Positions 17,640-26,718 are shown, numbered from the stretch's first letter. The stretch is DNA of 42,625 nt from Deltaproteobacteria bacterium (GCA_004356615.1 SMWT01000159.1:1-42625); one strand, 5' to 3'. The notes: generated from the sequence alone by a model not told the origin. Made by a program: numbers and translations.

Positions 17640-18758
17640 GTGAGTATAAAAAATAGGTGGTTTTGCCTAGAAAAATTTCAATATGGGAAAAAATACCTAA
17701 GGGATTTCAAGTACTTAAAGAGATCCTTTCTATCCTTGGCTTTCATAGAGAGAGTCATGGACGTCTCTTTTATAAATACCCTGTTATCGCCGGGAAATTT
17801 CTTGTTGATGCTGGCCCCGCCGGGTTGGGGCAAGACCCGGATACTCAGATCGCTATACAGCGAGTTTGATCGCAAAATTATTTTTATCTCCCCCCTTAAG
17901 GCCTTGGCCATGGAGTTCGCTGAAGCTTCTGAAGAGCTTGGAAACATTTTATATATTTCTAAAAGAAGTGAGCGGGGTAAATTGCATCAGTTCATTAAAA
18001 AGAGAAAAGCGCTTTTAGTGTTAACTCCTGAGATGATGGATGAGAATTATTTTTTAGAGCTCTCTTCTCTGGGCGAAAAATACCTTTTGGTTTTGGATGA
18101 GTTTCATCTTTTTTATTTTTGGGGGTGGGATTTTAGGCCGCTTTTGTGGGAGAGCGCCATGGGGCTGGCAGAGACGGGGATTGCCATTTTAGGTTTAAGT
18201 GCCACCTTTGGAGATGAGTGGATAGAGCAGTGGCAAAAGGATTTTAAAAATAGTCAGGAAAATTTAATTCTAATAAATCTGGGAAATCAGGTTTTAAAAA
18301 ATCATCCGATACATATTTATAAGCTACCCTTTAAAAATATGTTTATGAGAAGGTTTTTCTTTGAAATGCAAGGCGAGGGAGTGATCCTTTATTTTTGCAA
18401 ATATAGATCTGAAGTGGATTTTTATGTGGAGTATTTTACCCTAAGAGGTGTTGATGTTTTGGGTTGCAAAGGAGGCGAGGTGGCCCATTTTGTAAAAAAT
18501 TTGAAAAAGATGCCAAATCCACAGTGTATTTTTGCTACCAGCGCATTAAGTCATGGTGTCAACCTACCCTCCATAAAAAAGATCTTCATTGGTTTTAAAG
18601 TATTGGATTTAAACTTTTGGATTCAAATGGTAGGAAGAGGAGGACGCCGGGGAGAACCCTTTGAACTCTTTCATCAGGATAAGTTTGCGGGGCAATTTAA
18701 GCTAAGAGTCTTCCTCTTTGATTTTTATTTGCGTCTGATAAACTTGTTGAAATTATGA
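17640..18758 (+). CDS. Minimal RecQ-like superfamily-2 helicase core (no Zn-binding, winged-helix or HRDC domains)
   Basis: Helicase motifs: I APPGWGKT, Ia ISPLKALAMEF, II LDEFHLFYFWGWDFRP (RecQ-type DExH..WGxDFRP), III LSATF, V ATSALSHGVNLP, VI QMVGRGGRRG. The start is uncertain: GTG 17640 lies only 5 nt from the divergent rsmE start, and ATG 17757 is the alternative. The stop overlaps the recO start (ATGA). Confidence 0.75.
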   Translation: MSIKNRWFCLEKFQYGKKYLRDFKYLKRSFLSLAFIERVMDVSFINTLLSPGNFLLMLAPPGWGKTRILRSLYSEFDRKIIFISPLKALAMEFAEASEELGNILYISKRSERGKLHQFIKKRKALLVLTPEMMDENYFLELSSLGEKYLLVLDEFHLFYFWGWDFRPLLWESAMGLAETGIAILGLSATFGDEWIEQWQKDFKNSQENLILINLGNQVLKNHPIHIYKLPFKNMFMRRFFFEMQGEGVILYFCKYRSEVDFYVEYFTLRGVDVLGCKGGEVAHFVKNLKKMPNPQCIFATSALSHGVNLPSIKKIFIGFKVLDLNFWIQMVGRGGRRGEPFELFHQDKFAGQFKLRVFLFDFYLRLINLLKL

Positions 18759-19537
18759 GAGTAAAAGTAGAAGGCCTGCTCATTTCTAAAATTCCTTTTG
18801 GTGATAAACATTTTATCGCCAAACTTTTACTTAGAAATGGCAAAAAAATATCTGTTGTTTTTTACGGTGCCCGGGGAGCGGGGAAAAAACGAACATCTTC
18901 TTTGGCCGATCTCGGGCATATGCTCGCGGTAGAACTAGGAAGAGCTAAATACGGTGAACACCTCTATCCCGCTAAAGAATGGTCCCTTATCTGGGCACCT
19001 AAAAAAATAAGAGAAGATTACAAAGCGTTCTCCCTAATGAGCCTCTATTTTGAAATTGTTGCCAAGTTTTGCCTGGAAGATCATCTTGAAACAGAAAGTG
19101 ATGAGCACGACGGCCCTTTTAGAGTGCTCTCCAACGCTGTTTTTTTTCTAGAGGACAGTTTAAAAAAGGGAGACTTTAACCCCTATGAACAGTTGCTGCT
19201 TTTTCTGGGAAAAGTTTTTCAGGATCAAGGTATTTTTCCTAAAATGGGGGACTGTATATTTTGTGATAGAAAGTTAGAGCATGTTTCCCAGATGAGTCTG
19301 GTTTTTGAACAGGGAGGATTTTCCTGTTCCCTATGCCTGGGCCCACAATCTGAAGGAGTGGGCCGGGATGCCTGGCAATTTTTAAATATGGTGAGATCTA
19401 GCAGCTATCAAGATTTCTCCTTTAAAACCCTTGAATTTCAAAGTATTAAGTCTCTCTGCCAACTGCTATTAGGGCATTTTTGTTATCAATTTCATCTTGA
19501 GGAAAGGCAGTTTAGAGCGTTGCCTATGGTGCTCTGA
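18755..19537 (+). CDS. recO: DNA repair protein RecO
   Basis: Starts MRVKVEGLLISKIPFGDKHFIAKLLLRNGKKISVVFYGARG, an OB-fold N-terminus. A Cys4 zinc motif is present (CIFCDRKL...CSLC). The last 39 codons are duplicated at 20791-20910. Confidence 0.85.
   Translation: MRVKVEGLLISKIPFGDKHFIAKLLLRNGKKISVVFYGARGAGKKRTSSLADLGHMLAVELGRAKYGEHLYPAKEWSLIWAPKKIREDYKAFSLMSLYFEIVAKFCLEDHLETESDEHDGPFRVLSNAVFFLEDSLKKGDFNPYEQLLLFLGKVFQDQGIFPKMGDCIFCDRKLEHVSQMSLVFEQGGFSCSLCLGPQSEGVGRDAWQFLNMVRSSSYQDFSFKTLEFQSIKSLCQLLLGHFCYQFHLEERQFRALPMVL
19418..19533 (+). repeat. Direct repeat, left copy (in-frame 3' end of recO)
   Basis: 116 nt identical base for base to 20791-20906 (offset 1373 nt), checked by eye across the full length. 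Confidence 0.95.
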
Positions 19538-19552
19538 TATCTTCCTAAGATA
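19538..19552. promoter_or_regulatory. Palindrome TATCTT-cct-AAGATA at the left junction (candidate operator or small hairpin)
   Basis: It shares the half-site TAAGA(T)/(A)TCTTA with the palindrome at 19643-19655. TAAGATACT (19546-19554) is the exact reverse complement of AGTATCTTA (19647-19655). Confidence 0.3.
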
Positions 19553-19625
19553 CTGAAAATACAAACTTAAGGTGTTTTATATCTAAATATTATGGTTTTT
19601 TCATGCAAAAATTCTTTAAGAAATA

Positions 19626-19634
19626 TGCTAAAAT
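19626..19634 (+). promoter_or_regulatory. Extended -10 promoter candidate TGcTAAAAT for the Xre/RES operon
   Basis: TG-n-TAAAAT lies 34 nt upstream of ATG 19668. AGGAGGA RBS at 19659-19665. There is no clear -35. Confidence 0.35.
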
Positions 19635-19642
19635 ACGATATA

Positions 19643-19655
19643 TAAGAGTATCTTA
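19643..19655. promoter_or_regulatory. Palindrome TAAGA-gta-TCTTA between the -10 and the RBS (candidate antitoxin operator)
   Basis: Perfect 5+5 inverted repeat placed over the expected transcription start. The same half-site occurs at 19538-19554. Confidence 0.3.
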
Positions 19656-19667
19656 CACAGGAGGATT

Positions 19668-20045
19668 ATGACGACACTCACCCTAAGCAATGCCCCCATT
19701 TATGATGATAATGGGGCCTTAAACTTACCTTATTTAGTAGATAGCTATGGCCTGACCAGAAAGGAATTTGCTGAAATTTCTGGAGTAAGTGTAAGCACCC
19801 TTAGTAGATCAGGCCCCCCTTCCCCTCATACTAAATCGAGAGTGGTAGAGCTTGTGGGGATCTATGTCCTGCTTTGGAAAATAAGCAAAGGAAATGAAGA
19901 GCAAATCAAGTCATGGCTTGATGAGCCAAAAGCAGAGTATTGGGGTCTTTCCCCTATTCAATTTATGAAAATTGATAACGAGAATATTTCTACTGTTTTC
20001 AAAAATATCCGTGAAATGGAATACGGAGAGGCCATGGGAACATGA
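19668..20045 (+). CDS. Xre-family antitoxin with DUF2384 (MbcA/ParS-like toxin-binding) domain
   Basis: HTH segment LTRKEFAEISGVSVSTLSR. The C-terminal WLDEPKAEYWGLSPIQFM is typical of DUF2384. The stop overlaps the toxin start (ATGA). Confidence 0.8.
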   Translation: MTTLTLSNAPIYDDNGALNLPYLVDSYGLTRKEFAEISGVSVSTLSRSGPPSPHTKSRVVELVGIYVLLWKISKGNEEQIKSWLDEPKAEYWGLSPIQFMKIDNENISTVFKNIREMEYGEAMGT

Positions 20046-20746
20046 AAGAAGAATCTATTCACCATTATCTATCAAAGATTATTCAGGATTTTTCTGTCGG
20101 ATTAAGTCTTGAAGAAAATAAAGTTCATCAGAAAATAAGGTGGATTAAGGAACATAAACTTGAAATCTTAAATTATTTTGAGTCTTTGGCCAAGAGGCCC
20201 CATAACTCCCTTTCCTCAACTTCTACTAAAAAAATAACGGGAGACAATTGGTTCAGGGCCGTTACCTATGATTATTCAAAAATACCTTTAAGCTTTGAAG
20301 GTTCTTTAAAAAGTTTTGCAAGGTTTCATCGGGTAGGTCAACCTACCATTTATCTTGCTGAGAGCTATAAAACCGCAATGGAGGAAGTTCGATTTTCTAA
20401 AAACTTAGTTGCCATGACTACCTTTGGAATAAAAATTAACCTGCAAAGGATTCTCGATCTATCAGGTTCTGGAAATCTCTACAAAAATTTTAGGATTTCT
20501 AAAAATTACTTTAAAGGTCCCTGGGAACAATTCTCAAATATTGGGCTGGAATACTATACCCATTATTTAAGTGACCATTTAAGAAAACTTCCAATTGAAG
20601 GTTTTTTATATGAGTCTAACGCCAATCCAAAAAATATTTGCCTTTGCCTCTTTCCTGAAAAAATGATTAAAGGCTCAACTCTTCAGGTAATCGGTGATTA
20701 TATTGAAATAAATTCAAATGATCTTTATTTTGAAGGGATGGCATAA
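20042..20746 (+). CDS. RES-domain toxin (MbcT/Res-type, NAD+-degrading family)
   Basis: RES signature positions: ARFHRVGQPTIYLAES (Arg), AMEEV (Glu), GFLYESNANP...CLCLFPEK (Ser). It is paired with a DUF2384 antitoxin. It has an N-terminal extension of about 70 aa. Confidence 0.75.
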   Translation: MKEESIHHYLSKIIQDFSVGLSLEENKVHQKIRWIKEHKLEILNYFESLAKRPHNSLSSTSTKKITGDNWFRAVTYDYSKIPLSFEGSLKSFARFHRVGQPTIYLAESYKTAMEEVRFSKNLVAMTTFGIKINLQRILDLSGSGNLYKNFRISKNYFKGPWEQFSNIGLEYYTHYLSDHLRKLPIEGFLYESNANPKNICLCLFPEKMIKGSTLQVIGDYIEINSNDLYFEGMA

Positions 20747-20790
20747 TTTGTTAATCAGGGTCGGCCATAATGGCAACTGATAATCTTTTT

Positions 20791-20906
20791 TCCTTTAAAA
20801 CCCTTGAATTTCAAAGTATTAAGTCTCTCTGCCAACTGCTATTAGGGCATTTTTGTTATCAATTTCATCTTGAGGAAAGGCAGTTTAGAGCGTTGCCTAT
20901 GGTGCT
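20791..20906 (+). repeat. Direct repeat, right copy (orphaned recO 3' end)
   Basis: Identical to 19418-19533. It continues GTAA rather than CTGA, so the same ...LPMVL terminus ends CTG TAA instead of CTC TGA. Confidence 0.95.
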
Positions 20907-20910
20907 GTAA
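20791..20910 (+). pseudogene. recO 3'-terminal remnant (last 39 codons plus TAA)
   Basis: Encodes SFKTLEFQSIKSLCQLLLGHFCYQFHLEERQFRALPMVL*, with no upstream recO body. It lies 19 nt upstream of the ABC exporter ATG. Confidence 0.8.
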
Positions 20911-20929
20911 TTAATGTAGAGTCCCACGG

Positions 20930-22642
20930 ATGCATACACACTTAGTCAAAATCCTTTGGCCTTACGTAAAACCACATTGGAAAAAAGCGCTTGGCGCACT
21001 TTTTTTTGCGATAATCTTAGCGGCGGTTAAATGGGCCCAGGCGGCACTAGTTAAACCCGTTTTCGACAAGGGATTAAGTAAAAGTGGGACCATGGAAGAG
21101 ACCCTGATGCTGGCAGGTCTGTTAATGCTTCTGATGATCATTAATTTTCCCGCCAGGTTTTTTCACTTCTATTGGATCCGCTACATTGTGGATAAGGCCA
21201 CCTGCCAGCTACGATCTAATATCTATGAAAAAATACAAAGACTGCCCATCGCTTATTTTAATCAAAACAAGCTGGGGGTTTTAACTTCTAATATTATTAA
21301 CGACACTCAGACTTTTTCCGGGGGCTTTAGGGCCTCCATGGACCTCATTCGCGAGCCCCTTTATGCCATCGCTTTACTGGGACTGGCATTTTATAGAGAT
21401 TGGGCCTTGACCATGGTCATTTTTGTCGTCGCTCCACTTTTTCTTATAATTTTTAGCAAGAGTGGAAAAAGTGTGAAGAAAAACCAGGCAGATGTGCAGG
21501 AAGAACTTGGTAACCTTACTCACAACATTGGTGAAGGACTCAGCGGTCAAAAAATTACCAAGGCCTTCAACCTGCAAGACTATATTCTAAAACGCTTTGA
21601 AGGCACCCAGAATAAATTTTTTAAATCCCTAATGAAAACCACCTGGGTCGAAGAAATGGCCCACCCTTTGGTGGAGTTGGTGGGAGGCCTGGCCTTTGCA
21701 GGAATTATTGTCTTTGCTCACTATAGAATTCAGTCAGGGGCCACGAGCCCAGGGGATTTCGTGAGCTTTGTCACCGCCATGGCACTTTTTATGGATCCCA
21801 TCAGAAAGCTATCCCAGGCCAATATTAAGTTGAGTCAGGCCGATGCAGCGGAAAAGAGAATCTCCAAACTTTTAGATCTTCCCGAAGAAGTGGACAACGG
21901 GGATATGGAGCAAATTGCTTTTAAAGATAAGATTACGGTTAAAAACCTCTCGTTCTCTTATGGCAATCACCAAGTGTTAAAAAATCTAAACCTGGAAATT
22001 AAAAAAGGTCAAAAGGTCGCCTTGGTAGGGCTTTCCGGCTCTGGTAAATCCACTTTGATCAATCTCTTATTGGGACTTTATAGGCCCGAATTAGGTGAGA
22101 TAAAAATTGATGGGATACCTGTTGATAGAATTAAGTTAAAGGGACTGAGAGAGCTCTTTGGACTAGTCAGCCAAGATATATTTCTCTTTCATGACTCTAT
22201 CCTGGAAAATTTAACCTTGGGGAGAGACTACTCAATGGAACAAATTGAAAAGGCCATCGACGTGGCCTACGCCAGGCCTTTTATTGATCGGCTGCCAGCA
22301 AAATATGACACCATGATCGGGGACCGGGGAGTTAAACTCTCAGGCGGTCAGCAACAAAGACTCACCATCGCCCGTGCCTTTTTACAAAATACCGATATCC
22401 TCCTTTTCGACGAGGCCACATCGGCGCTGGATAATGAGTCCGAACGGATGGTGCAAAAAGCACTGGATGAAATTTCGAAAGACAAAACGGTTATCGCCGT
22501 GGCCCATCGGTTGTCCACCATCCAAGACTTCGACCATATTTATGTCTTAAGTGAAGGGGAGTTGATGGAACACGGAACCCACGATGAACTAATGGATCGA
22601 GGTGGGGAATATTTCAAGCTTTATAACTTGGGTCAAAAATAA
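20930..22642 (+). CDS. msbA: ABC exporter, fused permease/ATPase (MsbA-like lipid A/lipid flippase family)
   Basis: 570 aa with six N-terminal TM helices. Motifs: Walker A GLSGSGKST, signature LSGGQQQR, Walker B ILLFDEATSALD. The msbA assignment rests on architecture only. Confidence 0.8.
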   Translation: MHTHLVKILWPYVKPHWKKALGALFFAIILAAVKWAQAALVKPVFDKGLSKSGTMEETLMLAGLLMLLMIINFPARFFHFYWIRYIVDKATCQLRSNIYEKIQRLPIAYFNQNKLGVLTSNIINDTQTFSGGFRASMDLIREPLYAIALLGLAFYRDWALTMVIFVVAPLFLIIFSKSGKSVKKNQADVQEELGNLTHNIGEGLSGQKITKAFNLQDYILKRFEGTQNKFFKSLMKTTWVEEMAHPLVELVGGLAFAGIIVFAHYRIQSGATSPGDFVSFVTAMALFMDPIRKLSQANIKLSQADAAEKRISKLLDLPEEVDNGDMEQIAFKDKITVKNLSFSYGNHQVLKNLNLEIKKGQKVALVGLSGSGKSTLINLLLGLYRPELGEIKIDGIPVDRIKLKGLRELFGLVSQDIFLFHDSILENLTLGRDYSMEQIEKAIDVAYARPFIDRLPAKYDTMIGDRGVKLSGGQQQRLTIARAFLQNTDILLFDEATSALDNESERMVQKALDEISKDKTVIAVAHRLSTIQDFDHIYVLSEGELMEHGTHDELMDRGGEYFKLYNLGQK

Positions 22643-22718
22643 GCACTGCAACTACCTTTTTTTTCTTATCAAATAAACCCCTGTGATGTAGGATTTGGCC
22701 TTTTTGAGGGAGATTATT

Positions 22719-24041
22719 GTGGCATCAGAATCCAATTTAAAATCCATGGCGGAACTAACCGCTCTTTGTAAAAGAAGAGGTTTTATTTTTCAAAGTTCCG
22801 AAATCTATGGCGGAATTGGCGGATGCTGGGATTATGGCCCTTACGGAGTTGAACTCAAAAATAATATCAAGCAGAGCTGGTGGAATGATATGACCCTCAG
22901 GGAAGATGTAGTGGGGCTGGACTCATCTATTCTAATGCATCCAACAGTATGGAAGGCCTCAGGTCATATTGATGGTTTTTCCGATCCGCTAGTAGATTGC
23001 AAAAACTGTAAGGAGCGATACCGGGCCGATAATATTGATCTGGGTAAACCCTGTCCAAAGTGTGGCTCCAAAGATTCGTTCACTGACATCAGACAATTCA
23101 ATTTAATGTTTAAGACAGAGCTTGGTGCTGTGGAGGATAGCTCCAGTACCATCTATCTTCGGCCGGAAACCGCTCAGGGAATTTTTGTCAACTTTTTAAA
23201 TGTTCAATCCACCATGAGAAAAAAACTGCCTTTTGGCATCGCCCAAATTGGTAAGGCCTTTAGAAATGAGATCACTCCTGGCCATTTTATTTTTAGAACC
23301 AGAGAGTTCGAACAGATGGAGATGCAGTTTTTTGTAAAACCAGGTTCGCAAAAAGAGGTGATGGCACAGTGGAAGGAAATTCGTTGGAACTGGCATCTTA
23401 AAAATGGCCTCCGGGAAGAAAAACTGAGATGGGCACCCCACGGCCCTGATTCTCTGGCCCACTACGCAGACGATGCCACCGATATTGAATATGAATTTCC
23501 TATTGGTTGGGGAGAGATTGAGGGGATTCACTCGAGAACTGATTTTGACCTCAGTGCTCATGAGAAGTTTTCGGGAAAAAGTCTTTCCTATATCGACCAG
23601 GCGGATGGAAATAAAAAATACATCCCCTATGTTATTGAAACTTCAGTGGGGTGTGACCGAACCCTTTTAGCGGTTTTATCTGATGCCTACCGATTGGAGA
23701 ATGCCGGGGATAAGGAAAAAGAGCGAACGGTGATGAAGATTGATGCCAAACTTGCACCGGTTAAAGTCGCCGTTATGCCGCTTTCCAAAAAGTCTCAACT
23801 AGAAGAAATTGCTAGAAAAATTTTCAAAAATGTAGGATCAGCTTACAAAGCAGAGTATGATGTATCCGGTTCAATCGGGAAGCGATATCGCAGACAAGAT
23901 GAAGTGGGAACACCCTTTTGTGTGACGGTGGATTTTGACACCTTAGAAGACCAAGCGGTGACAATTAGAGATCGAGATTCAATGGCCCAAGAGAGGGTAA
24001 ATATAGATCAGATGGAAAATTATCTTAAGGATAAGCTTTAA
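22719..24041 (+). CDS. glyQS: Glycine--tRNA ligase (homodimeric class II, GlyQS)
   Basis: Contains [39 protein letters not shown] and [10 protein letters not shown] motifs. The GTG 22719 start has GAGGGAG 6 nt upstream. The ORF track begins at TTG 22695. Confidence 0.95.
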   Translation: MASESNLKSMAELTALCKRRGFIFQSSEIYGGIGGCWDYGPYGVELKNNIKQSWWNDMTLREDVVGLDSSILMHPTVWKASGHIDGFSDPLVDCKNCKERYRADNIDLGKPCPKCGSKDSFTDIRQFNLMFKTELGAVEDSSSTIYLRPETAQGIFVNFLNVQSTMRKKLPFGIAQIGKAFRNEITPGHFIFRTREFEQMEMQFFVKPGSQKEVMAQWKEIRWNWHLKNGLREEKLRWAPHGPDSLAHYADDATDIEYEFPIGWGEIEGIHSRTDFDLSAHEKFSGKSLSYIDQADGNKKYIPYVIETSVGCDRTLLAVLSDAYRLENAGDKEKERTVMKIDAKLAPVKVAVMPLSKKSQLEEIARKIFKNVGSAYKAEYDVSGSIGKRYRRQDEVGTPFCVTVDFDTLEDQAVTIRDRDSMAQERVNIDQMENYLKDKL

Positions 24042-24057
24042 ACATTAGGAGAAGTCC

Positions 24058-26718
24058 ATGAAGTGGGTTTACAGTTTTAATGCCGAAAATACCGAAGGAA
24101 ACCGTGAGATGAAAAATCTCCTAGGCGGTAAAGGGGCCAATCTAGCAGAGATGTCATCCCTGGGACTTTCCGTTCCTCCGGGGTTTACCGTTACCACCGA
24201 GGCCTGTCTGGACTTTGGTAATTCGGGGGATACCATAAAAGATGAAATCAAAAATCAAGTAATAGAGACGCTGAAAAAAGTTGAGACCCTCACTGGGAAA
24301 AAATTTGGTGATCATACCAACCCTCTGCTTTTATCGGTTAGATCGGGAGCTAGAGTTTCCATGCCGGGGATGATGGACACCGTCTTAAACCTAGGTCTTT
24401 GTGATAAAACAGTAGCTGGACTTGTCCAGCAGACGGGTGACGCCAGATTTGCCTGGGATTCCTATCGAAGATTTATTCAAATGTATGCCAACGTGGTTAT
24501 GGGACTCAACGTTGCCGTTTTAGAATCTACTCTGGAAGATTTAAAAGAGGCGAGAAACGTAACCGAAGATACCGAGTTCACCGCCGAAGATTTACAAGAT
24601 CTAGTGGCCGCTTATAAAAGAATAATTCTGGAAGACTCTGGAAAAAGCTTTCCCACGGATCCTATGGAACAGTTATGGCAGGCCATTGGTGCGGTCTTTC
24701 AGTCCTGGCAAAATCCTCGAGCTAAAAAATATAGAGAAATTCACCACTACCCGCACGATTGGGGAACGGCAGTTAACGTTCAGGCCATGGTGTTTGGAAA
24801 TATGGGAGATGATTGCTCCACGGGTGTTTGTTTTACTAGAGATCCCTCCACAGGAGAGAAAAGGTTTTTTGGCGAATTTTTAGTTAACGCCCAGGGGGAA
24901 GATGTAGTGGCGGGAATTAGAACTCCAATGCCCATCAATGATTTCTCCAAAAATGATTCGAATAGAGATTTCAGAACCCTGGAAGAGCTGATGCCAAATT
25001 CTTACGGGGAACTTTGTGATGTTTATAAAATTTTAGAACAACATTATAAAGATATGCAGGATATTGAATTTACTGTGGAAAAAGGCAAGCTCTATATCCT
25101 ACAGACCAGAAACGGTAAGAGAACCTCTGCCGCGGCAGTAAAAATTGCTGTGGACATGGTTGATGAAGGGCTAAAAACCAAAGAAGAGGCGATTCTTTCC
25201 ATCAACCCGGAAGACATCAATCAATTACTTCACCCAAGACTTGATCCTAATGCGGTTAAAACTATTTTGGCCAAGGGACTTCCCGCCTCTCCAGGCGCGG
25301 CTTCGGGGAGAATAGTTTTTGACTCGGAAGAGGCAAATTTATGGAAAGAAAAAGGGGAGAAGGTAATTCTTGTAAGACGTGAAACTTCTCCAGAAGATAT
25401 TACGGGAATGGTTGCATCCGAGGGTGTTTTAACTGCTAGAGGTGGAATGACCTCTCACGCTGCAGTTGTCGCTCGTGGCATGGGAAAACCTTGTGTGGCA
25501 GGCTGTACCTCGCTTTTAATTTCTTCCACTGAAAAGAAAGTCACCATTAAGGGAAAAGAATTAAGGGAAGGTGATGCTATCACCATCGATGGTGCCACGG
25601 GAGAAATATTTGATGGAATACTGCCGACTATTGAAGCAACCATAAGTAGCGAGTTTTCAAAATATATGGAGTGGGCCGATGAAATTCGAACTCTAGGAGT
25701 TAGAACCAATGCTGATAATCCGGCCGATAGCGCCGTGGCCTTAAAGTTTGGTGCTGAAGGAATTGGCCTTTGTAGAACTGAACATATGTTTTTTGCGCCA
25801 GAGCGAATTTTGGCCATCAGAGAGATGATCTTTGCTCAGACGATGAAAGAAAGAGAGAGAGCGCTGGATAAGCTTTTACCTTTCCAGAAAGAGGACTTTC
25901 TTGGAATTTTTGAAGTGATGAATGGTAAACCGGTCAATATTAGACTACTAGATCCTCCACTGCACGAGTTCTTACCTCATACGGAGGGAGAAAAGCAGGA
26001 ACTGGCCAATTCCTTAGAGCTAACACTTGGTGATATCGAGGCCAGGGAAAAGGATCTCTTTGAGTTTAATCCCATGCTGGGACATAGAGGTTGTAGACTT
26101 GGTGTCTCCTATCCAGAAATTTACAATATGCAGGTTAAGGCAATTATTCTCGCTGCCATTGAGGCGCAAGATAAAGGCATTGTGGTTATTCCTGAAATTA
26201 TGATTCCCTTGGTAGCGCTAAAAGGTGAGTTGGTTCTGCTAAGGAAAAACGCCGAAGCGGTCATCCAAGAGATTTTTGAGCAGACGGGAAAAAGCGTTGA
26301 TTATAAAATCGGCACCATGATTGAAATTCCCCGAGCTGCTATCACCGCCGGTGAAATAGCGGTGGAAGCTGATTTTTTCTCCTTTGGAACCAATGATCTA
26401 ACTCAGACCACCTACGGACTATCCCGAGATGATTCTGGTAAATTTTTAACTCACTATCAAAACGCCGGTATTTTCAAAGAAGATCCCTTTGTCACCCTGG
26501 ACCAAGAGGGAGTGGGATTTTTAGTAGATTATGCCAATAAGGCGGGAAGGGCCGCCAATCCTTCGCTTTCTGTGGGAATTTGCGGCGAGCATGGAGGAGA
26601 ACCCAAATCAATTGAGTTCTGCCACCGGGTAGGCCTTGATTATGTGAGTTGTTCTCCTTACCGGGTGCCTATTGCCAGGTTAGCTGCTGCTCAGGCAACC
26701 TTAATGAATGCCCATTGA
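24058..26718 (+). CDS. ppdK: Pyruvate, phosphate dikinase
   Basis: 886 aa. Contains LLGGKGANLAEM and GGMTSHAAVVARGMGKPCV (phospho-His loop), plus the C-terminal PEP-utilising motif FFSFGTNDLTQ. Confidence 0.97.
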   Translation: MKWVYSFNAENTEGNREMKNLLGGKGANLAEMSSLGLSVPPGFTVTTEACLDFGNSGDTIKDEIKNQVIETLKKVETLTGKKFGDHTNPLLLSVRSGARVSMPGMMDTVLNLGLCDKTVAGLVQQTGDARFAWDSYRRFIQMYANVVMGLNVAVLESTLEDLKEARNVTEDTEFTAEDLQDLVAAYKRIILEDSGKSFPTDPMEQLWQAIGAVFQSWQNPRAKKYREIHHYPHDWGTAVNVQAMVFGNMGDDCSTGVCFTRDPSTGEKRFFGEFLVNAQGEDVVAGIRTPMPINDFSKNDSNRDFRTLEELMPNSYGELCDVYKILEQHYKDMQDIEFTVEKGKLYILQTRNGKRTSAAAVKIAVDMVDEGLKTKEEAILSINPEDINQLLHPRLDPNAVKTILAKGLPASPGAASGRIVFDSEEANLWKEKGEKVILVRRETSPEDITGMVASEGVLTARGGMTSHAAVVARGMGKPCVAGCTSLLISSTEKKVTIKGKELREGDAITIDGATGEIFDGILPTIEATISSEFSKYMEWADEIRTLGVRTNADNPADSAVALKFGAEGIGLCRTEHMFFAPERILAIREMIFAQTMKERERALDKLLPFQKEDFLGIFEVMNGKPVNIRLLDPPLHEFLPHTEGEKQELANSLELTLGDIEAREKDLFEFNPMLGHRGCRLGVSYPEIYNMQVKAIILAAIEAQDKGIVVIPEIMIPLVALKGELVLLRKNAEAVIQEIFEQTGKSVDYKIGTMIEIPRAAITAGEIAVEADFFSFGTNDLTQTTYGLSRDDSGKFLTHYQNAGIFKEDPFVTLDQEGVGFLVDYANKAGRAANPSLSVGICGEHGGEPKSIEFCHRVGLDYVSCSPYRVPIARLAAAQATLMNAH

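Larger units (their letters stand above)
19534..20790 (+). mobile_element. Putative integrated TA cassette (Xre/RES) bounded by the recO direct repeats; no recombinase present
   Basis: This is the segment between the two repeat copies. It holds only a promoter-like region and the two TA genes. By eye it looks more AT-rich than its flanks; I did not compute this. Confidence 0.5.

Noticed and set aside
20764-20774. Palindrome GCCAT-a-ATGGC downstream of the RES toxin, considered as a terminator or att core
   Set aside because: The arms are only 5 bp with a 1-nt centre, so it cannot form a stable hairpin. No matching copy exists at the left junction.
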